The position numbers and the translations under genes are program-made. A model generated the notes under the pieces. The model was not told the DNA's origin, did no database searches, and saw only the letters and a list, made by a program, of their open reading frames with translations. A DNA stretch of 64,000 nt from Lingula anatina (Eukaryota > Animalia > Brachiopoda), in assembly GCA_051362555.1 (NCBI GenBank), contig CM120641.1:14012001-14076000 (forward strand), given 5' to 3'. Shown here piece after piece: positions 39,273 to 52,873 of the stretch. Position 1 is the first letter of the stretch, and every line of letters begins with the position of its first letter.

Positions 39273-40771
39273 AGAAATGTTTTGATTAATATTGAAGTGA
39301 TTTAAATAACATTTTCTTCCAGTCTTAGTGTAATCAATAAAATTGACTTGATTTTGAGTAATACTATATTTTGTACTTTAAAGATAGATATTAGTCAACG
39401 AAAAATCTTACTAGGAACAAAGATTTTTTTTAACACACATTTTTTCCTAAAACCACTTATTGTTGAACTTTATTTAGGACAAATAGTACTTTTTGGTCAT
39501 TTTGAACAGATGTGTGTCATGAATTACTGCTTCCAAAATAATTTATCATTTGGCAAATCTCACCATTTCTCAACTATTTTTACCCCATTTGGAATTGTGC
39601 ACAATCCAGAAGTGGGTGTTCACAGTGATGGTGGACTTTGAAAAAGAAACGTTGGTGAAGGACTTTTAAATTTTCCTAGAGTTATGGCAAATGTCAAGTC
39701 CCAAGGATGAAAGGTTAGTTGGAGAAAATTACTGTTTACCCAGGAAGATTATTTGAAGTATGGTCCCCCCCCCTCCCCCAAGGAAAAATATCATGATAGG
39801 CACCTTTAAGAATATATAAATGTACCTTTTGTCTTTTTAATTTCAGTGAAGAAAAATCAGATTCTTAAACTGATTGTGCAACTTTTTGAGAATTTTACCA
39901 AGTATGATTTTTTTAATAACACTTATGCCCGCAGCAGTTTCAGATGCACTGACATTTTTATGGAATTGTGAATTGGAAATAATGTTGATATATCTAGGGA
40001 CTTATTACAGTACTGCTGTAAATGGTTTTACAAAGGGAAGCAAGGTGATGGTTTAAAAGCATAGTGAATACAGCAAACTGAGCGTCAGTGACACGTAGAA
40101 AATGTTAATGAAAGTAAGAAGATATAATTCCTCTCATCCCTACATGTACCCAACCTGATATCCGCGTACAGTACACTGCTGGTTAGTTTTAATTCTCTTA
40201 TGTTGCGGTAGTTGAGGATTTTGTAGCAATCTAGATCTCCAATGTATGGAGTACGGAAACGCACAGCAAGCTTATTGAAGAAATAAACAGCTCTCAGTGT
40301 GTTGTCTGTAGGCGTTTCCACGGTCCACAGTATGAAGAGGTATGCATATAGGTTTTGTGTGGTCTCTCTCTCCCCCTTCCCTCCCCCTCCCTCCCCTATT
40401 TTACAACTAGCTCAAAATCCATGCGTTTAGCAACTCTAAAATTGACAGTTCAAATAAGAAACGTCAATGGGAGTGCTAAACGCATTAATTTCGTGCTACT
40501 CAATAGCGTGCATACTACCGTTGCTCTCTTTCTTTTAATGGATGTAATAAGTTTTTTATAATTCAGGTTGAACAAAAACTGTTGCATTAACGTGTTGCCA
40601 TTGTCCATCACTACACTGCATAAATGTTAAAACTATTATAATAGCTAAAAAGTAATTTAATTCTCATTGAGGTACATAAATTTCTGTTTGATATCATACA
40701 TAATATGTTAATTCTAAAATAACCTTTTTACTGTAAGAGTGTCAGATGCAGCAAAAAAATAAGCTAACGAC

Positions 40772-43700
40772 ATGCCACGTTCAGCCAATCTACAGCGACA
40801 GAGACTCTGCTCCTTGCCAGTGAGGCCTCACCAACGGAACAGTAGCACAGAGTCTGTGGCCAGCTCAGAGGGGGCAGCACTGACAGTTCTAGATCTAAGT
40901 ACTGATCTCACTGATGTTGATGAATTCCTCTTTGTGGAGTCTTCTTACCCATTACAGTTGTTGACAGGACTGAACAATCTGAGATTATCAGGAGATTTTT
41001 GTGATGTTCATATATGTGTTGATGGAGAGGAATTTGCTAGCCATAAGATTGTTCTGGCTTCTTTTAGTCCATACTTCAAGGCTATGTTTTCAACTGAAAT
41101 GGCAGAAAGCAGACAAGAGAAAGTATGTATAAATGGGGTGGACTGTGGCATGATTGAACTTCTGATAAACTATGCCTACACTGCTGAAATCCTCATCACA
41201 AAAGACAATGTGCAGTCTTTGCTGTCAGCAGCCAACTTGTTACAAGTTCTCCCTGTGCGTGATGCTTGCTGCATGTTCATGGAACAACACATGGATGAAT
41301 CAAATTGCATAGGCATCAATTGTTTTGCTGAGACACATGCTTGTGAGAGCCTGCAAGAAAAAGCTAAACAGTACACACTGAAACACTTCCCAGAAGTATG
41401 TCAACATGAAGAAATACTCAATCTAACTAAAACCAAGCTAACAGAGTTTATATCTGATGACACATTAAATGTAGACAATGAAGAAATTGTATTCAATGCT
41501 GTGATTAGATGGTTGGAGTATGATATTAATGGACGTCAGTCAGACTTTCCTTCTGTATTGGAACATGTTCGTTTGCCCTTAGTTAGTCCATATTTTCTTC
41601 ATGACTGCGTAGAGAAACACCCAGTGGTGCGTGGGTCTGAGAAGTGCCTCAAGTTAGTGGAAGAAGCTAAAACATATCAGCTGTTGGAGGACAGAAGACC
41701 TGAACTCAGAAGTCCAAGAACAAGACACAGGAAGGCATCTGGTAAGTGCAGTGGCAGTAGTAAAGAGTTGTTTGTATATTTACTCAATATGCTTTACACT
41801 ACATTCTCTTTAAAGTATAACAGAATGTTTGCTCATGCCATTTATTTAAAAGCATATTTGGAGTTCTCATGTTATCAGTGACAAATATTTAGTAAGGCTG
41901 TTGATAATGGTAATCACTCATGACATCATGAACAGTTATAAGACATGATATAAAATGTTCCAGGCTATATTGAGGTAATCATAGCTGTGGGAGGGGAAGA
42001 TGACAAGGTTGTCCTGAGAAGTGTGGAAAGTTTTGATCCAGAGACACATGCATGGAAAACATTGGCATGTTTGCCATTTGCTGTCAGTAAACATGGCCTG
42101 GTGGTTTCAGGTAGGTTTAATTATATTTAAAAAAAAAAGCACTGTTGAAATCAACTTTTAATTAAATTGTATGCTACGAAGGGATGACTAAGTAGGTTAA
42201 ATACACAAAAGTCCTCCACAATCCTAAAAAAGAAAGCATGCACTTACACCCTTTTACTAACTTGTTGATTATTTGGATGATTTATTGATTTATTGCAATG
42301 ATTTTCTAGGGAGCAACCAACTTTATATGGCAGGAGGCGAGTTCCCTGATGGCTCGGCTAGCAGAAGTATGTGGAGATATGATGCCTGCTTTGATAACTG
42401 GCTAGAGATGACACCTATGAATATGCCACGCTCAGAATTAGGTATTAGGCACAATATAGAAAACATTTTTTAATAATCAGCGAAATCTGTTTCAGAGAAA
42501 AAAAGCCAGGATTAACTAAGCTGAAAAAATCTTGTATTAAAGAGACTCACAACCTAAATGTGATTTGGTTGGGTGAAATAAACCTAGGGCAAGTCAGTAT
42601 CTTCACTTTTCAAAATTGAATAATCAATGTTGCCAGGTCTTGCCATGTTGGATGGATTCATATATGCTGTGGGTGGCTGGGAAGGAACAGCACGACTTGA
42701 TACGGTCGAGAGGTACAATCCTTTCTCCAATAGTTGGTCTTTTGTGGCTCCCATGAAAATCTCAGTCACGAGTCCTGCAGTTGTGGCACATGACAGCCTA
42801 CTGTTTGTGACTGGTAAGTATGATGGAGGTCTTTTTGACTGTGAAGAGAATTTATTTCACATTTAAGCCTGTCACCATTGATATCCCTCAGATATTATTA
42901 TAACTCAGCAGTATTCTTTATAGAGTGAAATTTATGCATGAAATCCTACTACGGAATAAACATTTGAGTCTCATTATATTATACATACACTGTGTCTATA
43001 TTCTGATTATCTGCATGGTGTGTATTTGTGATATAGAAATACGTGTATCAATCTGTTTAATAACAAAGAAAAATATTACCAAGAATCTTCAACCAAAATT
43101 TTCTAAAATCAGCTTGACATATGTCTTTTATACCAAAATATGTTAGTTTTGGTAATTTCTGAATTTTTTTGGAATTTACTATGTATAAAGTTCACTTTTT
43201 CAACATAGACCACAAGAAGAGATGATTTACTTAAAACTTACTCTGCCTGTTTCTAGGTGGAGCAGTATTGGAAGATGGGGATGGTATAGATCTAGTACAG
43301 TGCTATAACCCTAGAACTAACCAGTGGACAGAGTTAGCACCAATGCTAATAGCAAGGTCAGGCTCAGCTGCCTGTGTGCTGGGAGGATCCATGTATGTTA
43401 TAGGTAAATGTAAATCATTTTGATAATTTCTATTTTTGAAGTACTAGTAATTCTAATCTATACACTGCTTCTCGTGTTTAATACTGCTGCTATTTTGAAA
43501 ATGTAATTTGAGTTTGAGTGGGATAAGTATTCAAACATACATGTAACATTAAAACACACACATCAGGAAATTTGTAACCCAATCATGAAAAGTAAAAAAA
43601 AAAAGTTTGATGTATAAAAAGCTGTGTTATCCTGTGTTTTAATATAGGTTTTACAGATTTATATACATGCATGCACTGAAATAACTAGTGCTTATAAATA

Positions 43701-44385
43701 GATTTGCATGTTTCCCTGCTATAAGTTTTTGTTTGTATTGATATTTCTTAGGTGGGTGGCATGCATCTACAGAGAATACAAACAAAGTGGAATGTTACAA
43801 CCCCAGCACCAACCAGTGGACCCTGAGAGCCTCCATGCATGAAAGACGCTATCGTCCAGGTGTCGCTGTGGTGGACGGCAAGATTTACGTGTGTGGAGGA
43901 GAGGAGGGTTGGGACAGGTGAGAACAAATGTACTGTAAAAGACTAAATATTGATCTGAAAGTTCGGTCCATTAAGTAGAATGCTGAAAGACAAGGGGATT
44001 TACAGTACAGTAAGAAAAGAAGATTTCTGGATAAGATTTGGTTGCAAAGCAAAGGCGACTTATACTTTTCCTTCATTTTCAAGGCACATGCAAAGACAAC
44101 CCTACATTAGACAAGTAGATAAAAATACCAATACAATTGACACCCTACTGATTCCTACAAATACCAACACTCAGCATGGTTTATGATAATTTTATTGCCT
44201 TTTTGTTAACTTGATTTACTTCATATTTCAGATACCATGATACCATTGAGTGTTACAACGTGGATAAAGATGAGTGGGAAATTGTTGGAGAGATGCCCAC
44301 AAGTCGTAGCTGGCTCAGTTGTGTCGCCATGATGATACGGAGAGATCTGATGTTCAAGGAAAAAGTGGAATCTTGTGTCATTTGA
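40772..44385 (+). CDS. Kelch-like BTB-BACK-Kelch protein (likely CUL3 adaptor); exons 40772-41741, 41964-42110, 42310-42441, 42637-42813, 43257-43403, 43752-43917, 44232-44385; 630 aa
   Basis: BTB (FCDVHICVDGEEFASHKIVLASFSPYFKAMF), BACK domain and six GG-containing kelch repeats; all introns GT-AG with matching phases, total 1893 nt. Exact orthologue not recognised. Confidence 0.9.
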
Positions 44386-45264
44386 GCCAGAAAGTTGTTA
44401 AAATGTTGTGCAAGGAAAAGGTGGATTCCAGAGCAAGCTCCCACTTTTCATGCAGACATGATTGCTGTGAAGTATGATAGATTCTACTGAACTGTTGCTG
44501 TATTAAAAAGCCAAGAATTACCTGAAGAGATTTTCCAAATTTTTGAAAAAGTTTGTGGACTTGCCTGCAAAGGTTTTATTATTTAATAGAAGTGTAAGTT
44601 ATTTATCAGTAAATTTTTTATTAGATAGTATTTGGTTACTTAGGGATTTCAAGAAATGTGCAATAGGAAGGTAATTTGGAAAATCTTGCTAATACTTTGA
44701 GATAAATGATTTGGATTTAAAATAAAAAGTTCACAGAAGACAGACACAGGAGGCCTGTACCTTCCTTTACCTGAAGAGAGGAAAGGCAAAAACATGATCA
44801 TTAACAACCAGACATGTTATAGACTGAGAAGTTTGTTTCCATTAGTCAGTAAGAATCTACTGTCATTTGAAATAGTGACGAATAAAGTTTTCATTTAAAA
44901 TAATGTAAAGAAGTGAACTTCTGATTCCTATAGCTTCTCACTCTTTATTCTTATCTGATCCGCGTCTCCTTCCTTCTCTGACTATTAATTTTTCAAAGTG
45001 AATTCAAATTTTGCAATTATTTTCACCAATTTCAAAACACAGTTTTCTAAAAACCTCATACTGGCAACAACACCTTCATACTAGTCTTACCACTGCAACT
45101 TGTATATGGACCTAAAAATACTCTCATGCACTACGTAGTAGTTCAGTTATATTATTCATAACGTTTTGTTAGCTGCTGTATAAATACTAAATCTTTCATT
45201 TGTGTATTGATTTTATCTGTAGTATAAATCTGATAGTTTTCAGTGATATCCAATATAAAATTCC

Positions 45265-48200
45265 TTATGCATGTCCAGTCTGCAGTAACGTGTATTGAGC
45301 AATGAATTTTTCTGTCAACTGCCCATCAAGTGTCTTCATAGCTCTCCAGTGCAACTTGCTAGCATTCTCAGGCTCTCCCTTGCAGTGGTTCAGTTCTAGA
45401 CTTATGTAATCTAACCACAGATCTGGAAAATTTCATATAATTTCCAGTTGTTTAACAAGTTTTGCACATTGAAGCAACAGTGCATTTAGCCCTTATCAAA
45501 ATGATGCCAAATTGAAGTATTCCCCGTTATATCTACTTTTACTAAATTTACACTTTGAAATTAAAAAAACTCCAAAACTACAGTAAATAAGACATGAGAA
45601 AAACTACAATAATTTTCTTGTTTAAACATTCTGATTAAAGTTTTAAATATTTAACAAATACTGAAACGTCAACTTGCCTGTGTTATGTGTGCCATATTCT
45701 CGTAGTGCATCTTCATAAACACTGCGTAAAGTTTTCATCTTGAAGGCTGACTGAAATTAAAAAAAGGAAACACTGAGCTTTCAATTATAAAGTTCATCCT
45801 GCACTGGTATAGATATTACATTTATTTTGTAATAGTAATTACTTCAAATAGGCAACATAAGACGGAGCAATATGCCAATAGAGTAATAGGAGAAAATGAC
45901 TGAAATTGAAAAAAAAAAAAAAAAAAGAACATACCTGAGAGCTAATTACTTCTATATACTTTCTGTAGAAGCTTAATGAAACTGGTTGAGCTTTGGATAA
46001 ACTGAAATATTAAAATACTGTGAGAAAATCTTGAAAAAAAATGTGAGAATATACACAGGCCAAAATTGCATGACTGGGAATTTACGTTGATCCACTGCAT
46101 TTATGTCACCTCTACCACAATTACCTCAACCTCTCAACAAAACTAATATGCTGTGCAAAGAAAAATGATATTTTACCAACTTAATTATTGTTTTAACTAT
46201 AAAAAAACTGCTTTTCAACAGGGAAATTTAACGTTTTCATAATTTTCCATACATGGTCAGATATTGAAGGGTGTTCTGATATTGAAGTTATGCATAATGT
46301 AACCTACCTCTTATACACTGCTTTTGCCTTGTGTACGCCGTCATGAAGTGCTGCCCACTCTAAGTACAGCACCTTTAGTGATACCACTACATCTCTGGAC
46401 TTGCACATATTTATACCATTCTAGAAACAATCAATATGAATAATGAAATTAAATTAAATAATTTTAAAAAACAATATCTTCAATATGGCACCTGTTATAT
46501 ATTAAAGTAATATCCGAGTTCCAAAATTTACAGGTATAGCCTAATAAAAATTAAGTCTGCCTTTGTGATATGTTTACAGTTACAGTAACATTAAAACTAC
46601 ATATAAGAGAGGATGCAGTTACCATTCCCACACAACAAGACAAAAAATATTTCTTTTAATAATTAGTTATTCTGCAACTGATGATATAGGTAAAAAAGAA
46701 ACAAGAAAATAAGGTTTTAAAATACCTGCAAAACATCATCCATTTTGTCCATTTTCACTGCAACTCCCCACTGGAAGAACATATTCCAAATTGGTAAGGC
46801 ATCCTGCAAGATACATTTTAAAATAAGATTCAATTTGACAAATAAAAACACAGAAATGCAACTTAATATAATACAAATAAAAGCACATGCACTTAGAATT
46901 TGGACAATGTCAGAGAGGAAACCCAAAAAATTATTATTTCAGAGTGTTATGTTCAAAGTAAATCTTTTCAAATAGATCAATAAGGAGAACCATTTCCAGA
47001 CTAAGTTAAATACATTTTATCTTAGTTTTAGTGAGCAATTTTAATCTTTTTTTATCTTCAAATTTTCTCCTAAACCAACATCAGGACATACCAGTTACTA
47101 TATTCTAAAAATTTATTCTTGGTTACTCCTCACAATAATTATCTCTTTACCTGATCATCAACAGAACTAAGTGCCTTCTGAAATAAGTTATGGAGTTGAT
47201 GATTGTCCTCAGTTGTAGTGATGGCAAGGTTTAGGTGGCACATCCACAGTTTGACACACCTGGGATACAAGCTGGTGGCCTGAGAAATCACCTCCAAAGC
47301 CTGGCTGATCTGGGCAGTACTGGTTAATAACTCAACCTGGGCATAAAAATTCAAAATTATAAAAGGCAGATAAAGAGAATTCTAATGAGTGAATTGTGGA
47401 AAACAAATTATAAAAAAAAATTGTCAGTGAAAGGTAAAAAAAAATATTTAGGAAAGTACTATGTAAATGTTCCACTATATATTGTCATTATATTACTCTC
47501 TGTTTTAGGCTTAAATTAAGTTTGAAAGTGTGCCACTGTTTGCCAGGCAATTGTCAATTTGCATTTTAGTAGCAGAGACATTTTCCACTTAAAAAATAAT
47601 CATTAACCTGATCCCTTAGAACCTAAATCATTACCCTCAAATTTTTGGTCATTTTTAGGTATATCAATTCCACTGTTTACAAAATAATGGTATCAATCTA
47701 CAATGAGTCATCTTTGATTTACCAAAAGCTTTATTCATTAAGAAATCTCTTTGTACAACAGCCAAATGACCTAGATTACTGAAAAATAAACAGTAAAAAA
47801 AAAAAAAACTGAACATTAAGACATTCCACTTTTGCAACAGCAATTTTCACATGTACTGGTAACATGTTCTAAGGCATTCAATTACTTCCATTCAAGTGTA
47901 ACCCAGTGGGGCAGAAACTTCAGAAGTGTGCCCCTCAGGGAGAGAGGTCAAACATGCATGTGGACAAGGAGTTTCAAACAGGAGTAATTATAAACAAGGC
48001 CATGTAAAAGAGGAGAGACTAAACATCACTACAGGGAGAAAAATCAACTGCTGTTAAAATTTCTGCCCCAAGAGAGTTGCCAGCTACTGTAAGAGTATGT
48101 ATATATGCAATGTTTCTGAGCAAAAGTCTGTTTTGATGAAAGTGTGTTGCAATCTGTCATACATAAACTGCTAAATGCAATGAGAAAATGTAGCTCTTGA

Positions 48201-49594
48201 CACCCATAAAACAAGCATATATTCCCACATGAATTAATTGTCCATACAATTTTGATTCCGAAGCATTTTCACCTATTGCTATATGATCAATGTGAAAAAC
48301 AATGTAATTTTTTTCTTGGTACATGGACCAATAAATAAGGCCTTATTAGCTATCACATATGGCGCAGTCTTACTTAGTAAGGAAAATATTCTCAATCAGA
48401 AATTAAATTGATAACAATAGGAAATATTAAGAAAGCATGATTGCCAATGGAATGCTTTATGCACTGATTGTATTTACTTAAAAGGTATGATGAAAAAGAT
48501 CAATTTTCTAGCTTGGCACACTGCCTTTCTGGTTCGGTGAACTTCTAAATCAGGACCTACCCATTCTTCAAACATGTTCTCTGACAGTAGGCCCACCTTC
48601 TGTGCACATTGAAATGCACCACAACACCTGGCCAGCCGCTGTAAACATAAGCAAACAAATATATGCACATAAAATAAACATACTTCCATATAAACCCTTT
48701 TTAGGAGCCACAATGTAGAGGGCAACCAGTTATAATGGTGACTTCACTTTAGTCGTGTTACCATTGATTAAATTGTAAACATCGGCAAGCAGTTGGAAAT
48801 AAAGAAGTCAAAGCAAGAAATGATTAGGTTTTGTTGTGTGTTGTACAAACACTCCCATTTGTGGAATGCTAACTGTCACTCTGCGTGGACCCTTGCAGAC
48901 TTAAGTGTGGACTTGAAGAGTGCTTCTCTCTGCAGCAAAAAAAGGTTTGGCTTTGATGGTTTTATCCACAGGTAAGTCTACATGACCACAACTTTACTTT
49001 AAATCTCAATCTGCCCCATCAGTGTTTTCTCATTACTAACACAGTTCTGTGGACATACACTGAGACGACGAGAGACATTTTTTAACACGAAAGCACATTT
49101 GATCAAATCACGAAGTTCCATATTTTGCAGTCTGTAACCTGACCATCAGAACCAATGATAACTTTAACATTTATCTGGCACCCAAATGTGACAAGGAGTT
49201 ACATTAACACGCTATTAAATACTAAAATTCCTTTATAGAGTATAATGAGGGGGAAAAAAAATCAAAATTGTCACTCAAAAAAGTCTTTCCACACCATTTT
49301 TGCTCCATGAAACTAGATCATTTTACTCATATATCATGAAAAGGAAAAATACTTCAAATTTCACCTTATTATCTTTATTTTCTTTGACACTTGTAGCAAA
49401 AAAGTGTAGTGTTTTTAAATGCTGAAAAATGTTATGGACTCTAAGGTGAAATAATGGGAAATGAGAAGAAAATGACAATATATTAAAAGGTATGCTAACT
49501 GGTGGAACATAACTTACCATCTGGGTTAATTTTTCAGATCCCTTCATCCTCAATCTTTCTAAACATGCTGTAATATATAGGTTCCACATTGTTT
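45265..49594 (-). CDS. UTP6: U3 snoRNA-associated protein 6 homolog, 3' eight coding exons: 49518-49594, 48561-48638, 47151-47336, 46726-46803, 46308-46420, 45935-46001, 45678-45750, 45265-45422
   Basis: HAT-repeat-like exons splice in frame; C-terminus DLWLDYISLELNH..GEPEN..LHWRAMKTL...QTGHA* matches the UTP6 C-terminal pattern. No upstream exons were found in the window. Confidence 0.87.
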
Positions 49595-52500
49595 CTGCAA
49601 TAAACAAATCCAAATTAAATAACGTTGACATTTATTAATCAAACAGGACTAGCGTTGGATCTAATTGCATCTTTTGAATTTCATTCACAAAAATCAAGTC
49701 TTCATGAAACAAGAAAAAAGTAACAATAAGTAATTGTTAGTCTGTAATCAGTTTTCATTCAAGTATCAACAAAAATTATGATCTTCATGGTTTCAATAAG
49801 ATGTCTTTATCTACCCCCCCCCCCCCCCCCCAAAAAAAAAAAAAAAAAAATCCCCAAAAGTGTCCAGTTGTCTGAAGTCTAAACATCTCCATCAAATGAC
49901 AGGAAAGAATATAAGAAAGTCTCCTAATGAAAACCACACCCCTTAGGGTCAACACAAAACATCTCCTCAACCCAGCTGACCATTGTCCACCAACCTGTCC
50001 TCCCTAAACAATCTCCTCTTTGATGGCTCTACAGATAGTATGTCCAGAGTGCCAATAATAGGGCAGTATACTACATCACATGGCAAGGTATGATAGGGAG
50101 TGATAAATGGGTAAATGCAGTCCTGGAATGTGATGCCGAATCATGATAACAGGCTGCTTACTATTAGGTTCTCTTCCAACCACGTAAACTTTAAAACACA
50201 GGCAACAGTAGCACAGTGATTTAGCTTGAGGAATAATTATAGGTGCACACTGCACTGTACATAAAGGAGCACACTGCACACAGGCAAAATAGCAGAGGAG
50301 AGATCAACATCAAACCAGACTGACATAAGGTAAGATACTAACAAGAATTCTCGATACTTCATGAAACTAATTGGAAATACTGAAGATCCATGAAATGGTT
50401 TATCTGAATGATAAGCAGTGTACGTAATCATTAATTTAAGGCTCATACACTGTAGATGCTGTTCTCACTTAGAATTCCACATGTACATGTACTAGGTAAC
50501 CTAACTTGTAGAGTGACAGATCCTACAGGGTAAGACAAAATTTAGGAAAAAAAGGATTATAAGAGATACTGTTATAGCATCATAACACAGATTCAACATA
50601 CGAAGGAGAGAGAGGATGTACTGAACAATCAAGCATCTTTCATTCTAGTCCTAAACATAAAAGCATTGCCACTTCTTGAGAAAGGATAGGGATTAAAGTC
50701 TCTCTTTAACCAATCACCATAAAATTATTGTCCAAAAAGTTTTAATTCTTGAGAAACCTAGCTATGGAATCAAACCTTGAGAGTCCTATCTTGGGCTTTA
50801 TTTCCAATATTATTTGAGTTATCCTTACATATGTACACTGCTTTCAAATGAAGCTGAACCACCACTGTTTGAAAAAAATTACATCTATTGCCTCCAGTAG
50901 GAATCATGTGATAATGGATTGACAAGTGTTGATAAATGACCAAAGAAAAATTATTTCAATCTGATCACACAGTTACTCATAACAAAACCCCAGAAGTAGG
51001 TTGAAAAGAATTCTTTATGTTGAGTTCAAAACACAGTTCCAGCGACAGCTTTCATCTTTAATAAACAATATTTGAATCACATGCACAATATATCTGCCTG
51101 TCTGTAGAGGACAGATATGTCAAGAATGTGTCCTGTGTGCTGTGACAAAATGTAACTTAAGAAGAAGATTGATGAAAACTTTGACACGGCTGCTCCTTCC
51201 ACACTAGGGAAATTCATCCTTCATGCAACATTACCTTCAAACCTGTCAAATCTTAAAGGTAAAAAGGGAGCATCCATCAAATACCATTCTATAGGTTGTT
51301 TGCTTACTGTTTGATTTGCTCTACTGAAGATGACAATATTTAAACCTCACATATTTTTGAACACAGACTGGGACAGGAATCGAGTTCAGCTTTGAAATCT
51401 TTGGGAAATATGGGTATTTCCAAAGACACTCAAGGGTGTATTGTATAAAGCACATTAGAACAAAAGCACTATGAAGTAAGATATATGCAAAAACTATGCA
51501 AAATCTAGTGATCAGAGAAGCAAAACTACAGATGAAAGATAATTTAAATGGCAGGAATATAATGACCTTTTGTAAAACAGAATCTTCTGATTAACTACCA
51601 TGTGTACAAAGCACCACTGTCTATTGATTCAATTCACCCAAGTAAATTAAATCATGTAATGGCAAGATAACATTCCTTGAATCAATCCTCCAGTGTTGGC
51701 AGCACCCTTAAGATATCATTGAAATCCCACCTAATGAGGTAACAGCTCTCCACTAATTACAGATATCAGTCTCACTGTATTCTTGTTAGTGTTATCTATC
51801 ACTGTGCCAATGTTACAATACTGCAATACTGGTAAGTGGATGATTGTCATTGCTTCTGTTTATGGTTTATAGTTCTCCCAGTTTGTCAGAATGGGAATTA
51901 CAACTATGCTTCTATAAAAGACAGTTTTTATTATCTTTGAAATGCAGAGTGCTCCTCAAATCATGTAAAGCTTATACTAGTAAGCCCTTTTATTGTCTCT
52001 ATAATGCCCTCTGCCAAAAATTCAAATAATGACCATCAAAACAGGTATATTTACTTTCTCCCTTTTTATTTTTCAAAAAAAAAAACATGTTTATTATTCT
52101 ATTTATATGGACACATATATATACATTCCATTATTTATAGAGGACTGTAGCTACCCTTTCCAGAATACTGCCAACTTATCATGTCCCACACAATAGCCAG
52201 GGGATATTTGGTCCCAGTGTCACTGTCCAGTGCATGTATTCTCTGGGCTACAAAATTACACCTTATATAAATCCAGAGCAAACAAAACCAACAGTCTGGA
52301 ATTTTGAACTGGTTGACTTATCAGATTACTTCTGACAAAAGTTACACCGAACACTCCAAACAAGTATATACACTGTCATTTCAATCCATTTACCTATTCT
52401 CAAATGATCATGTATCCACACAAAACTACATGTCATTACCAAATACCTGAGTGACCTGGAAACTCTCAGCCTTAGCCTCTTGCTTTGGCACTTTTTACCC

Positions 52501-52749
52501 AGAGTTTCAGGGATCCAAAGTGCATGTACACACCCATTATAAACTTGCCATAAAGATGAACTTGAACATATTGCTGAAACAGAGCCAACTTTGCCACCCT
52601 TTCAGTCTACAGTGCTTGTTAAAACTTGGCTTTTTTTCAGTTTAAGCCCGATTTTCAATACATGAAATACTGGTCTGCTAAAAAGTTCAAGAATGTTTTG
52701 GTGATATAAAATGGGAATCATCCAAGATAGCCCAAAGTCTCCTCACTAA

Positions 52750-52873
52750 GGGCTCATTCCCACTGAAAATATTGGTCTACGTAAATCGATCCAACTCTGC
52801 AGAGACTCTCGCTGAATGCAATCAGTTTAATAGATCAATCTACATGGACCTATAGTTTCAATGGGATAAGCCC
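52750..52873. mobile_element. 124-bp Tourist/Harbinger-like MITE
   Basis: taa|GGGCTCATTCCCACTGAAA ... TTTCAATGGGATAAGCCC|tta, with the imperfect inverted repeat extending about 40 bp. Confidence 0.6.

Noticed and set aside
40332-40771. Possible upstream coding exon (ATGAAGAG|gtatgc) of the kelch gene
   Set aside because: Splicing to either nearby acceptor hits a stop before 40772; at most a 5' UTR exon or uORF.
47897-48070. Inverted repeat TGGGGCAGAAA ... TTTCTGCCCCA in a UTP6 intron
   Set aside because: Only 11-14 bp with no TSD; insufficient for a MITE or RNA call.
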